This document shows, piece by piece, positions 32,582-41,411 of a DNA stretch of 64,000 nt. Source of the stretch: an uncultured Verrucomicrobiae bacterium (GTDB lineage: Bacteria; Verrucomicrobiota; Verrucomicrobiia; Chthoniobacterales; Terrimicrobiaceae); assembly GCA_963706955.1 (NCBI GenBank), contig CAVPOC010000003.1, positions 1 to 64,000 of the forward strand. Reading direction: 5' to 3'. Both the position numbers and the translations under genes were made by a program. The notes beneath the pieces were generated by a model, which saw nothing but the letters and a program-made list of their open reading frames with translations, searched no databases and had not been told where the DNA came from. Position 1 is the first letter of the stretch. Each line of letters starts with the position of its first letter.

Positions 32582-34057
32582 CTAACGATTAGTCGCGCTT
32601 CCAAAGCCGGTGGCACGCGGATGAATGGAATGCCGTCCTCCCGCAAATTGGATATCTTCAAGACCCGGGATGAGTTTGCCGTGAGGGTCGTGCCTAGCGT
32701 AGTTGAGCCGCTTTTCCAACTTCCGCACCGTCTCTTCTCCAAGGATGTGCTCGATCTTCTCGGCGTCCTCATGCACGTGATCGGCGGCCATATGCGCTGC
32801 GTTGGTCAGATAAAGCTCCCACAGACGATGATTTCGGACGATCTCGCACGCACGTTGCCAGCCTTCGGGAGTGAGAAATGCCGAGTCGCCATCGCTGGAC
32901 AGAGTGAGATACTGGTGACGGCGCAGTGTGTTGAGCTCGCGGTGAGCTTCTTCCAAGGTCTCGCGGCGTCTCTCCGCCAACTCGCGGGTGCTCACCTGGT
33001 CGGTTTCGAATTCCTCATCTTCCAGGACATGGTAAATCGCTTTGAGCGTGTTTTCGCGGGAGATGCGAGCCGCGCGCGAACGCTGCCGCCACCAGCGAGT
33101 AACGATTCCATGGCGTGGACCAAAAAAGAGCCCGACGGAAAAAACCGCCGCTGCCGCCAGCACCATGAAGGGGCCCGTTGGCAAATTTCGACCGACAAAG
33201 GAAAAGAACGCCCCCGCCGAGCCGGAAACCATTCCGAAAAGCGCCGAGAGGATAAGCATTGTCCCGAGGCGATCGGTTAGCAAGAAGGCGGCCGCCGCCG
33301 GAATGACCAACATGGCCGAAACCAAGACAACGCCCACAGCCTGAAGAGACGAAACAATCGCAAAGGCAAGCAATAGCATCAGGCTATAATGAAAGGCCTG
33401 CACGGGCATCCCGAGGGAACGAGCGAAGCCGGGGTCGAAGCTGGTGATCGTATATTCCTTATAGAAGACGATGACTGCGCAAAGCGCCAGCGCGGTAACA
33501 ATGGCTAGTAAGATGACGTCGCCGTGTCCGAGAGCAGCCGCTTGGCCGAACATGAACTTGTCCAGCCCGCTTTTGTTTCCCCCTGGCAGATTCTGGATCA
33601 TCGTGAAGAGGCAAATCCCCACGCCGAAAAAGGAAGCGAGCACGAATCCGAGGGCGGCGTCCTCTTTGTGGCGCGTGGTCGCGCGCAAGAGTTGCACCGT
33701 GCCCGCGCCGAGCAAGCCAACCAGCGTGGCGCCAACAAAGATGGCAACGGGATCTTTCGACATGTTCCAGAGAAACCCCAGAGCCACCCCCGGCAGCACG
33801 GCATGCGAGAGAGCATCTCCAAGCAAGGAAAGCTTGCGAACCACCAGAAACGCCCCCATCAGCCCGCAGCAGACCCCGAGCAGCATCGAACCAAGCAACG
33901 CATTGCGGAGCGACGGATCTTTGAAAGTGAAAAAACGGACTGTGCGGTCCAGCAGGGTCGATTCCGTCAACTCGTTGATGCGCGCAGCGAAAGCCAGCTC
34001 CGGAGCGAGGATCATTCCCGCCACCACTAGCACGGGAAGGATGCGGAGCAGCTTCAT
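32582..34057 (-). CDS. Metal ABC permease fused to a C-terminal DtxR/MntR-like domain (TroC-R / YtgCR-like)
   Basis: LGDALSHAVLPG permease domain followed by LTPEG..RNHRLWELYL..HEDAEKIEH..DPHGKLIP. Confidence 0.9.
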   Translation of the reverse strand: MKLLRILPVLVVAGMILAPELAFAARINELTESTLLDRTVRFFTFKDPSLRNALLGSMLLGVCCGLMGAFLVVRKLSLLGDALSHAVLPGVALGFLWNMSKDPVAIFVGATLVGLLGAGTVQLLRATTRHKEDAALGFVLASFFGVGICLFTMIQNLPGGNKSGLDKFMFGQAAALGHGDVILLAIVTALALCAVIVFYKEYTITSFDPGFARSLGMPVQAFHYSLMLLLAFAIVSSLQAVGVVLVSAMLVIPAAAAFLLTDRLGTMLILSALFGMVSGSAGAFFSFVGRNLPTGPFMVLAAAAVFSVGLFFGPRHGIVTRWWRQRSRAARISRENTLKAIYHVLEDEEFETDQVSTRELAERRRETLEEAHRELNTLRRHQYLTLSSDGDSAFLTPEGWQRACEIVRNHRLWELYLTNAAHMAADHVHEDAEKIEHILGEETVRKLEKRLNYARHDPHGKLIPGLEDIQFAGGRHSIHPRATGFGSATNR

Positions 34058-34887
34058 GGTTCCGCCTGCAGCGTTTGCACCACATCCGAGAGGATGGTCA
34101 GTCTGCCGCCATAGGTTGTTTGTAGCACCTCAGGCGTGAAGACCTCACTGGTGGGTCCAAAAGCGACCAGGCGCATGTTCAGCAAAATGAGCATGTCAAA
34201 GTACTCGCGTGCGTTGGACAAATCGTGGTGGACCACGAGCAGGGTCTTCCCCCGCGACTTCAATTCTCGGAGCAGGGTAATAATGGCGGCTTCCGTGGCC
34301 GCATCGACTCCGACAAACGGCTCATCCATCAGATACAACTCACTCTCCTGGGCGAGTGCACGGGCAAGGAACACCCGCTGCTGTTGGCCTCCCGAAAGAT
34401 TGCCAATCTGACGGTTGGCAAATGGGAGCATCTTTACTTTCTCGAGACATTCACGAGCGACTTCGCGGTCCTGCTTCGTCGGCCGCTGCGCGAGCCGCAG
34501 CTTGCCATAGCGCCCCATTAGGACCACGTCCATAACGCTCACCGGAAAATCCCAATCCACCGATTCGCGCTGCGGAACATAGCCGACGCGATGACAGCTC
34601 TCGCGAAAAGGTTTACCAAAGACTTTTACCCAGCCGGCGGAAAGCGGCAGCAAACCCATGATCGCCTTGATTAAAGTGGACTTTCCCGCGCCGTTCGGGC
34701 CAATGATCCCGACCAGGCTGCCCTTGGGAATGGTCAAGTCGATCCCATAGAGCACAGGCCTCTTGTGATAGGCAACGGTAAGATCGTGCACCTCCAGAGG
34801 GAGATTGCTCGAATCCGTTGGAGGGGTGCGCTCCGGAGGAGCGGTCTCGTTCCGGCGCATGTTTACCGGTTCTTCTCTTCGGTTCAC
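34054..34887 (-). CDS. Metal ABC transporter ATP-binding protein
   Basis: GPNGAGKST, YVPQRESVDWDFP, LSGGQQQR, DEPF, HHD. Confidence 0.95.
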   Translation of the reverse strand: MNRREEPVNMRRNETAPPERTPPTDSSNLPLEVHDLTVAYHKRPVLYGIDLTIPKGSLVGIIGPNGAGKSTLIKAIMGLLPLSAGWVKVFGKPFRESCHRVGYVPQRESVDWDFPVSVMDVVLMGRYGKLRLAQRPTKQDREVARECLEKVKMLPFANRQIGNLSGGQQQRVFLARALAQESELYLMDEPFVGVDAATEAAIITLLRELKSRGKTLLVVHHDLSNAREYFDMLILLNMRLVAFGPTSEVFTPEVLQTTYGGRLTILSDVVQTLQAEP

Positions 34888-35819
34888 TTCAGCGCCTCTA
34901 CGATCGTGGTGACGTTGTAGCGAACCATCCCGTCGTAGGTCCCCGTATCAAACCCCTTGCGCAACTCGCCCGGATTCCCCATGGCATCAGAGTACAATTC
35001 CCCACCGATTTTCACACCAGCATCTTCGGATACGCGCTTGATTGCGGCCGGATTGACACTCGTTTCGACGAAAATGGCTCTAACATTCTGCTTCTTGATG
35101 AAGTCCACCAAGCTGGCCATGTCGGCCAGGGCAGCCTCCGAAACCGTGGAAACGCCCTGCAGTCCGATCACCTTAAAGCCGTAAGCGCGGCCAAAATAGT
35201 TGTAAGCATCGTGACTGGTGACCAGGATGCGCTGGTTCTCAGAGAGTTGTGCACTCGTCTCCTGGCACCACTGATGCAGCTTGTTCAAACGTTCCGTCAA
35301 GGCCGCGCCGTTGTTTTCATAGACGGTTTTTCCGTCGGGATCGACTTCGCTTAACCCCTTGACGATGGTGGGGACGGTTTGCGCCCACATGCTCACGTCA
35401 AACCAGATATGGGGGTCATAATGCCCCGCAAATTCCTTCGGTTCTGTCAGCAACTGCTCGGGGACGCTCTCGGTAGTCGGATAGACGCTCTTCCCCGAGC
35501 GGGCAAGTTTTGCAAAAAGATCGCCCATCCGTCCTTCAAGCATCAGCCCGCTATAAAAGATCACGTCGGCCTTGCTCAAACGCGCGGCATCCGTGGAAGT
35601 CGGTTTGTAGAGATGTGGATCCACTCCAGGCCCCATGAGCTGCTCGACTTCAACACGCTCACCCCCAACCTGCCGGACCAAATCGGCGACCATCCCGATG
35701 GTGGTTGCCACCTTGACTTTGGCTTCTGCCGTGCCGCCCGTCAGAAGAAACATCGCCAGGAGCGCGGTGATAATCGCCAGCCGCCTGGCGCGGCGATGGC
35801 TTGTTTTTTGCTTGATCAT
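34884..35819 (-). CDS. Metal ABC transporter substrate-binding protein (TroA/MntA-like)
   Basis: VDPHLY, DPHIWFD, TSHDAYNY, LYSDAMG. Confidence 0.93.
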   Translation of the reverse strand: MIKQKTSHRRARRLAIITALLAMFLLTGGTAEAKVKVATTIGMVADLVRQVGGERVEVEQLMGPGVDPHLYKPTSTDAARLSKADVIFYSGLMLEGRMGDLFAKLARSGKSVYPTTESVPEQLLTEPKEFAGHYDPHIWFDVSMWAQTVPTIVKGLSEVDPDGKTVYENNGAALTERLNKLHQWCQETSAQLSENQRILVTSHDAYNYFGRAYGFKVIGLQGVSTVSEAALADMASLVDFIKKQNVRAIFVETSVNPAAIKRVSEDAGVKIGGELYSDAMGNPGELRKGFDTGTYDGMVRYNVTTIVEALK

Positions 35820-35820
35820 G

Positions 35821-35836
35821 TGTAGCCTTAGATACA
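35821..35836. promoter_or_regulatory. MntR box-like operator
   Basis: TGTAGC-CTTA-GATACA imperfect palindrome resembling the TAGC-N4-GCTA MntR box; between the divergent operon and mntR; minus-strand TTGACA at 35872-35877. Confidence 0.6.
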
Positions 35837-35904
35837 TTTTCCTGTTATAGCTACTCGAGTTACCCCAGGTTTGTCAATGCCGCATTTTTCTGTCAGATAC
35901 AAGT

Positions 35905-36414
35905 ATGGCCATGAAGCGTGAGAATTCTCGTGAGAGCCGGGAGGTGCCGAGGGGAGCGTCAATTGGCGCCGTCAGCAACAAGGAAACCGCCGCGTATCAG
36001 CGTCGAACGCGGCGTCAGCATGCACAGGAGCGGGCTCAGGATTACGTTGAGGCGATTGCGGAGTTGATCTCGTCCACCGGCGAGGCTCGCGCGACCGACC
36101 TCGCGCGCTTGTTGGGGGTGACGCATGTGACGGTCGTTCGGACCGTCCAACGTCTGCAAAGGGACGGGCTGGTGACCTCGCTTCCTTACCGCTCAATCTT
36201 TCTGACGGAAGCGGGACGTAAGTTGGCGAACAAGGCGCGCAGTCGGCACCGGACGGTGGTGGCCTTTCTGGAGGCGCTCGGCATCTCCTCCTCGGCAGCG
36301 CGTGCCGATGCCGAGGGAATCGAACATCATGTGAGCGCTGAAACTTTGGCCGCCTTCGAGCGCTTTCTCGCGCAAACCAAGCCTCCTCCAAATCGCTCGG
36401 ACGCTGAGAGCTGA
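35905..36414 (+). CDS. mntR: Manganese-dependent transcriptional regulator
   Basis: QDYVEAIAEL..GEAR..DLA..LGVTHVTV, PYRSIFLT, RH, DAEGIEHHVS (E. coli-type MntR). Confidence 0.9.
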   Translation: MAMKRENSRESREVPRGASIGAVSNKETAAYQRRTRRQHAQERAQDYVEAIAELISSTGEARATDLARLLGVTHVTVVRTVQRLQRDGLVTSLPYRSIFLTEAGRKLANKARSRHRTVVAFLEALGISSSAARADAEGIEHHVSAETLAAFERFLAQTKPPPNRSDAES

Positions 36415-36634
36415 ACTCGCGGCGAGAAGCAGAAAAACGGAAGCGAAGTTTCCAGAGAAGCATTTGGGATCGCGTCACGACTGCGGCGGTCCGGATTTTT
36501 CCGGCATTTTCCCAGCGTCTGGGGAGCGCACGCGTCCTGACCTACCCGAAACCGTGGCCTCTCAATGCGCTTTTCGGAAATGACTTGTGAGAGATACTCT
36601 CGAGAAATTACGCACCCCATTAATTAGCACGCCT

Positions 36635-37223
36635 CTAATCGGGTGCCAGCCATCGTGTCAGTTTTTTGCGGAGCAAGGCACGCGCGCGATAAAGCCGTGT
36701 CTCGACGGCTTTGTTTGAGCATCGCTGGATCATCGCGATCTGTTCATAAGACATATCCTCGTATGTAAAGAGGATTAAAGCCTCGCGAAGGTCGGGTGCT
36801 AGTTCAGCAATCGCCTCCCGAACGGCCTTGGTGCGCTCAGCCCTTTCCAGGCTCGCACGCGGATCAGGATCCGCCGCTTGAACGCTCTCCAACACAGAGC
36901 CTGAGGTGCCCGCCGCGGCATCCGCCGAGATTGTCGGATGACGCAGCTGCCACCGAACGTGATGGCGAGCAAGATTGGACGCGATGGCAAACAGCCATGT
37001 GGGGAAGGCACCGCTTGGCTGGTAGCGAAAGCGATTTCCATAGACGCGGACAAACGTCTCCTGCGCAAGATCGACGGCTATCGCTTCGCTCCCCGTGAGT
37101 CTGATCAGGTATCCGGTCAATCTACTTTTGCCAGCGCTCCATGATACCGTTGAGGGCGAGGTCATCTCCCTCGCGCAACCGCGACATCGCGAGAACGTCA
37201 GGATCTTCATGAGGCCCAGACAC
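36635..37223 (-). CDS. ECF RNA polymerase sigma factor (CnrH-like position); probable extra A at 37126-37129
   Basis: DLAQETFVRV, FPTWLFAIASN, MSYEQIA..KAVETRLYRAR; the sigma-like N-terminus DPDVLAMSRLREGDDLALNGIMERWQ lies in the adjacent frame from GTG 37223. Confidence 0.88.
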
Positions 37224-37284
37224 GAGCCCATAATGCTCTCGCCGAGAAAAGATGGTATTTAATTTGCTTCGACGACCCGAAGCA

Positions 37285-37725
37285 CTACTGGATGTGCGAC
37301 TGCGCCATGGCTCCCGGACGCAGCACGACAGGCAGAACCACTTGAAGATATTCTGCCCGTCTCTTTTCCGGAAGCTCGGCAGCAACGCGGTAAAAGTGTT
37401 CGAGCATCTTCACCCGGCACTCGGAACGCAGTCGGTCGGTTTCGACTATGGCGGTCTGGATTTCCGGTGTGACTTGCTGAGCGTCGCAAATCAGCTTTGC
37501 CAACTGCTCATCGGTCTGGGCGATCCGCGCGCACATCAACGCGCATTCCATCTGATATTGGTTATGGATCCGCTCGACGGTTCTTGCTTGCTGATCATCC
37601 AGGGCAAACTCCGCGAGAAGCCAACTGGTGGGAGAGGAGCGCTCCGATTTCCAGAAGTAGACAGCAAACGTCGCCAAGAGACCGGTAGCGATCGCTGCTG
37701 CGAAAACGATCAAGCCTCTTCTCAT
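37285..37725 (-). CDS. Membrane-anchored periplasmic heavy-metal sensor (CnrX/NccX-like)
   Basis: N-terminal TM; LDDQQ..H..Y...C..MC, TPEI, C...MLEH..VAAEL helical pattern; 146 aa. Confidence 0.75.
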   Translation of the reverse strand: MRRGLIVFAAAIATGLLATFAVYFWKSERSSPTSWLLAEFALDDQQARTVERIHNQYQMECALMCARIAQTDEQLAKLICDAQQVTPEIQTAIVETDRLRSECRVKMLEHFYRVAAELPEKRRAEYLQVVLPVVLRPGAMAQSHIQ

Positions 37726-38003
37726 TTCAAAATGACTTGCGCGTACGGATCAACATCATGGAGGTATGCGCGTTGCGCGTTCTGGCCTGCAAACAGTGAG
37801 CCGATGAATACGCCACCGATAGTCGCCAGCGCTGCCGCCAACGAGGCTATCCGCGGCCGAGCCAGCCATTCGAAAAAGCCTTGCAGGCGCTGAGCCGGAC
37901 CGCGCGATTGCTCGATCCGCCGCCAAACGTCCCGTTGAAAGGTGGAGGATTCGACGGCGTCTGGGCGCCACAAGCGGAGCAAATCATCCAAGTCTTCTTT
38001 CAT
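37722..38003 (-). CDS. Small single-TM anti-sigma factor (CnrY-like)
   Basis: 93 aa; LDDLLRLW..FQRDVWRRI cytoplasmic part, one TM helix, YLHDVDPY tail; ATGA overlap with the sensor gene. Confidence 0.7.
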   Translation of the reverse strand: MKEDLDDLLRLWRPDAVESSTFQRDVWRRIEQSRGPAQRLQGFFEWLARPRIASLAAALATIGGVFIGSLFAGQNAQRAYLHDVDPYAQVILK

Positions 38004-38020
38004 CCTCGTCCCTTCAGCTA

Positions 38021-38048
38021 TTTAATCCCGCAACCCCTCCAGACCCTC
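38021..38048 (-). promoter_or_regulatory. Putative autoregulated ECF promoter
   Basis: GAGGGTCTGGAGGGGTTGCGGGATTAAA, 17 nt before the anti-sigma ATG; matches 31480..31507. Confidence 0.6.
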
Positions 38049-38140
38049 GTGAAAATTTTTGTCGAGAGTAGGCGCGAGAAAGGCATTGGCCGGTTGCGGA
38101 TGACACCAGCCCGGGTAAGTTTGCCAGAAGCCGACTTCCC

Positions 38141-38581
38141 ATGAAACCCCGCGTGCTGATCGTTGACGGACATAGCATGATTTTCCGGTGGCCTGACTTG
38201 ACACTTCAGCACGCGAAACGCACGGCTGCCGCGCGCGAATCCCTTGTCCGGATGCTGACCGGTCTTCAAGATAATACTGACTGGAATGTAGCCGTGGTCT
38301 TTGATGGGGCCGGGACCAAAACCACCGAAGCAACCAGCGGACCGCGGGGAATTCAGGTCTTCTACTCGACCGCAGAGCAAAGCGCCGACAGTGTCATCGA
38401 ACGTTTGGCCGCGAAATACGCCGAACGCTACGAGGTGACGGTAGCCACTGACGATTTGATGGAGCGCACAACCGTTGCTTCCTTCGGAGCGGTTTCAATG
38501 TCCGCGTGGCAGCTTCGTGAGGAGATTGAAGAGGCTGGTCGCGATCTGGATGCCCGACTCAAGCAGATACGGCGGCATTAA
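38141..38581 (+). CDS. NYN/YacP-like PIN-domain ribonuclease
   Basis: LIVDGHS, VVFDG, SADSVIE, VATDD. Confidence 0.85.
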   Translation: MKPRVLIVDGHSMIFRWPDLTLQHAKRTAAARESLVRMLTGLQDNTDWNVAVVFDGAGTKTTEATSGPRGIQVFYSTAEQSADSVIERLAAKYAERYEVTVATDDLMERTTVASFGAVSMSAWQLREEIEEAGRDLDARLKQIRRH

Positions 38582-39026
38582 GCGCTCGTTGCCGATTCAA
38601 CCAGACCCGAGCCGCACTTTTCATGCGGGTGAGGATGTAGTAGACGGTTTGACTGCGCTGCCGGACAAGGTCTGCCCCCACGATCTTCGGCACAAAGTCG
38701 GCAGGGACATCCAACAACTCCTGCGGACTCACCCCCTCGAGTCCTTTGCAAAGGATGGAGGTCATCGCTTTGGTCAGGGTTTGCACTTGTGGACCGAGCG
38801 AAACTCGGAAGTGCGAAGAGTTGGTCGGATCAACTCGAAGGAAAATGCCCACCGTGTCGGTACATTCCTCGTCCTTACGGACGTCTTCAAGGTCGAACGT
38901 TTCGCCGGAGCGCGGTCCCTGGTTCCCTGCGCTGTCAGCGAAGACGATCAGCATGTCTCGCTTTTCAGGATCGGGCAAGGATTCGAAGAGCGAAATAATC
39001 TCTGAAAGCTTCGGTGGATAGGACAT
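38559..39026 (-). CDS. SufE-family Fe-S metabolism protein
   Basis: MSYPPKLSEII..F, conserved Cys (EECTD), GVSPQELLDVPADF; downstream of a sulfurtransferase. Confidence 0.75.
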   Translation of the reverse strand: MSYPPKLSEIISLFESLPDPEKRDMLIVFADSAGNQGPRSGETFDLEDVRKDEECTDTVGIFLRVDPTNSSHFRVSLGPQVQTLTKAMTSILCKGLEGVSPQELLDVPADFVPKIVGADLVRQRSQTVYYILTRMKSAARVWLNRQRALNAAVSA

Positions 39027-39085
39027 GGCGAATAATCCCTCGGGCCATTCTACAGTAGTATTGGCCCGCCCAAAAATGACTTTTC

Positions 39086-39943
39086 TTAGCCTTTTTCGAT
39101 TGGGGCCCGCACGCGATTCCCCCACTCGGTCCACGATCCATCATAATTACGAACGTTCTTGTGCCCGAGAAGGTAAGTCAAAACGAACCAGGTATGGCTG
39201 GAACGCTCGCCGATCCGGCAATAGACGACTGTTTCGCCGGTCGGATCGAGCCCAGCCTCACCCTCATAAATCGCCCTGAGTTGTTCCGCGGATTTGAAGG
39301 TGGCATCGTCATTGGCGGCGCGCTTCCAAGGAAAGCTCTTGGCCCCCGGAACATGGCCACCGCGCAGGACACCCTCCTGGGGATACTCAGGCATATGAGT
39401 AACCTCCCCCTTGAACTCGCCAGGCGAACGAACATCAATCAACGGCTTCTTTTCCTGGCTCTGCTTGAGGGTCTGATCAAAAAAGGTCCTGATCTCGTCA
39501 TCGAAGCGCTTGGCGGGAACAGGATACTCTGTGCGCGGATAGCTGGGCACCTCGCGCGTCAACGGGCGATTTTCGGCGATCCACTTATCGCGACCGCCAT
39601 CCATAATCTTGACGTTTTCATGCCCGAAGAGCCGAAATGCCCAGAGCGCATAGCATGACCACCAGTTCGACTTGTCCCCGTAAAAGATCACCGTCGTATT
39701 CTTGGTGATTCCGTTTCTCGAGCAGAGCTCCGCAAAGGCTTCCGGCGAGATATAGTCTCGCATGGTTTGATCCTGAAGGTCCGCCCGCCAATCGATATGA
39801 ATGGCGCCAGGAATGTGACCGGTGCCGTAGAGTAGGATATCTTCGTTGCTCTCAACAAGCCTCGCATTGGGTTCATTTAGGTGTGAGGCAACCCACTCGG
39901 TTGTTACAAGAGCTTGGGGATGAGCATAATTTGGATCAATCAT
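39086..39943 (-). CDS. Tandem-domain rhodanese/thiosulfate sulfurtransferase (SseA-like)
   Basis: [27 protein letters not shown]. Confidence 0.93.
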   Translation of the reverse strand: MIDPNYAHPQALVTTEWVASHLNEPNARLVESNEDILLYGTGHIPGAIHIDWRADLQDQTMRDYISPEAFAELCSRNGITKNTTVIFYGDKSNWWSCYALWAFRLFGHENVKIMDGGRDKWIAENRPLTREVPSYPRTEYPVPAKRFDDEIRTFFDQTLKQSQEKKPLIDVRSPGEFKGEVTHMPEYPQEGVLRGGHVPGAKSFPWKRAANDDATFKSAEQLRAIYEGEAGLDPTGETVVYCRIGERSSHTWFVLTYLLGHKNVRNYDGSWTEWGNRVRAPIEKG

Positions 39944-40024
39944 GGCGATATTCCTTAAGCAAATCTATTGTCCTTGGGAGGCAAAAAGCATAAGCCAGGC
40001 CTAGAGAAAAGGCAAAATCGACAA

Positions 40025-40627
40025 TCAGCTACCGAGATCCTCTCCCACCATATAGCGGGTGAAGCGGCGGATGACGATGTTCTCGCCAAGCTCGGCAATC
40101 TTCGAGTTGACGAAATCCTTGATCGTCAGGTCTGGATTCTTGATGAACGCCTGCTCGAGAAGGCAAACGGTGCTGAAGAATTTGTCCATCTTACCGTCAA
40201 CGATCTTGTCCACAATATTGGCCGGTTTGCCCGTGACCTGCGCGGTATAGATTTCCCGCTCCGACTGGACCAGAGTCTCTGGAACCTGGTCGCGTGAAAC
40301 ATAGAGAGGATGGGAAGCGGCAACGTGGAGGGTGATGTCCTTCACGAACTCACGAAAGACGTCGTTCTTGGCAACGAAATCCGTTTCGCAATTAATTTCG
40401 ACAAGGACGCCGACTTTGCCCTGCAGGTGGATGTAGGAGGCAATGATTCCCTCCCGAGTGGTTCGAGAAGCCTTCTTGCTGGCGCTGGCGATACCCTTTT
40501 TGCGCAAGAGCTCCTCGGCCTTGATCAAATCGCCGCTTGTTTCATCGAGGGCTCGCTTGCAGTCCATCATGCCTGCATTGGTCTTCTCGCGGAGTTCCTT
40601 CACCAGGGTTGGAGAAATATCGGGCAT
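40025..40627 (-). CDS. tsf: Elongation factor Ts (short form)
   Basis: VKELREKTNAGMMDCKRAL, EINCETDFVA. Confidence 0.97.
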   Translation of the reverse strand: MPDISPTLVKELREKTNAGMMDCKRALDETSGDLIKAEELLRKKGIASASKKASRTTREGIIASYIHLQGKVGVLVEINCETDFVAKNDVFREFVKDITLHVAASHPLYVSRDQVPETLVQSEREIYTAQVTGKPANIVDKIVDGKMDKFFSTVCLLEQAFIKNPDLTIKDFVNSKIAELGENIVIRRFTRYMVGEDLGS

Positions 40628-40671
40628 AAACTATGAAAGTCCGTCGAGGACGAGTTCCGAGACCTCGGAAC

Positions 40672-41409
40672 TTATTCGGCCACCGCCGCGAGCTCGTTAA
40701 CCGTCTCGCTCTTCCCGCGGACGCCCTGTCCTTCGACGATGGAATCGACCAGTTTCTGAAGGATCACCCGAATGGAGCGGATGGCATCATCATTGCCCGC
40801 AATTGGATAATCGATTTTTTCCGGGTCGCAGTTGGTGTCAACAATGGCCACTACAGGAATCTTCAGCCGAGACGCTTCGGCAACGGCAATTTCTTCGCGA
40901 TTGGTGTCGATGATCACGAGGGCGTCGGGCAACTGCTCCATGTTGAGCAATCCTTCGAGATTACGGTGCAGCTTGGCAGCCTCGCGTCGCAAGGCGGAGG
41001 TCTCCTGCTTGTTCATACGAGAAAAGGCGGGAGTTTTTTCCAGTTCCTCGAATTCGCGCAAGCGAGCGACACTGCGCCTGATGGTCTGGAGATTGGTGAG
41101 GGTGCCTCCCAGCCATCGCTGGTTGACGAAGAATTGTCCCGTAACTTCCGCCGCCTCTCTGACTGCTTCCTGCGCTTGTTTCTTCGTGCCGACGAAGAGA
41201 ATCTTGCCGCCATTCTTGACCAACTCACCAAGATATGAAGCCGCCCTGGCGAGTTGCTCGATGGTGATGGACAGATCGATGATGTAAATCGAGTTCTTCT
41301 CTTCGAGAATGAAATCGCGCATCTTGGGGTTCCACCGCTTCGTCTGGTGGCCGTAATGCACCCCGGCTTCAAGGAGTTCAGTCATAATTTCAAGAGTGGG
41401 CGAGGACAT
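40672..41409 (-). CDS. rpsB: 30S ribosomal protein S2
   Basis: [36 protein letters not shown]. Confidence 0.98.
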   Translation of the reverse strand: MSSPTLEIMTELLEAGVHYGHQTKRWNPKMRDFILEEKNSIYIIDLSITIEQLARAASYLGELVKNGGKILFVGTKKQAQEAVREAAEVTGQFFVNQRWLGGTLTNLQTIRRSVARLREFEELEKTPAFSRMNKQETSALRREAAKLHRNLEGLLNMEQLPDALVIIDTNREEIAVAEASRLKIPVVAIVDTNCDPEKIDYPIAGNDDAIRSIRVILQKLVDSIVEGQGVRGKSETVNELAAVAE

Positions 41410-41411
41410 GG

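Noticed and set aside
33080..33110. Trp-Trp in the permease-DtxR linker as a Chlamydia-like tryptophan sensor
   Set aside because: Only two codons, at a membrane-interface position where Trp is common; no other support
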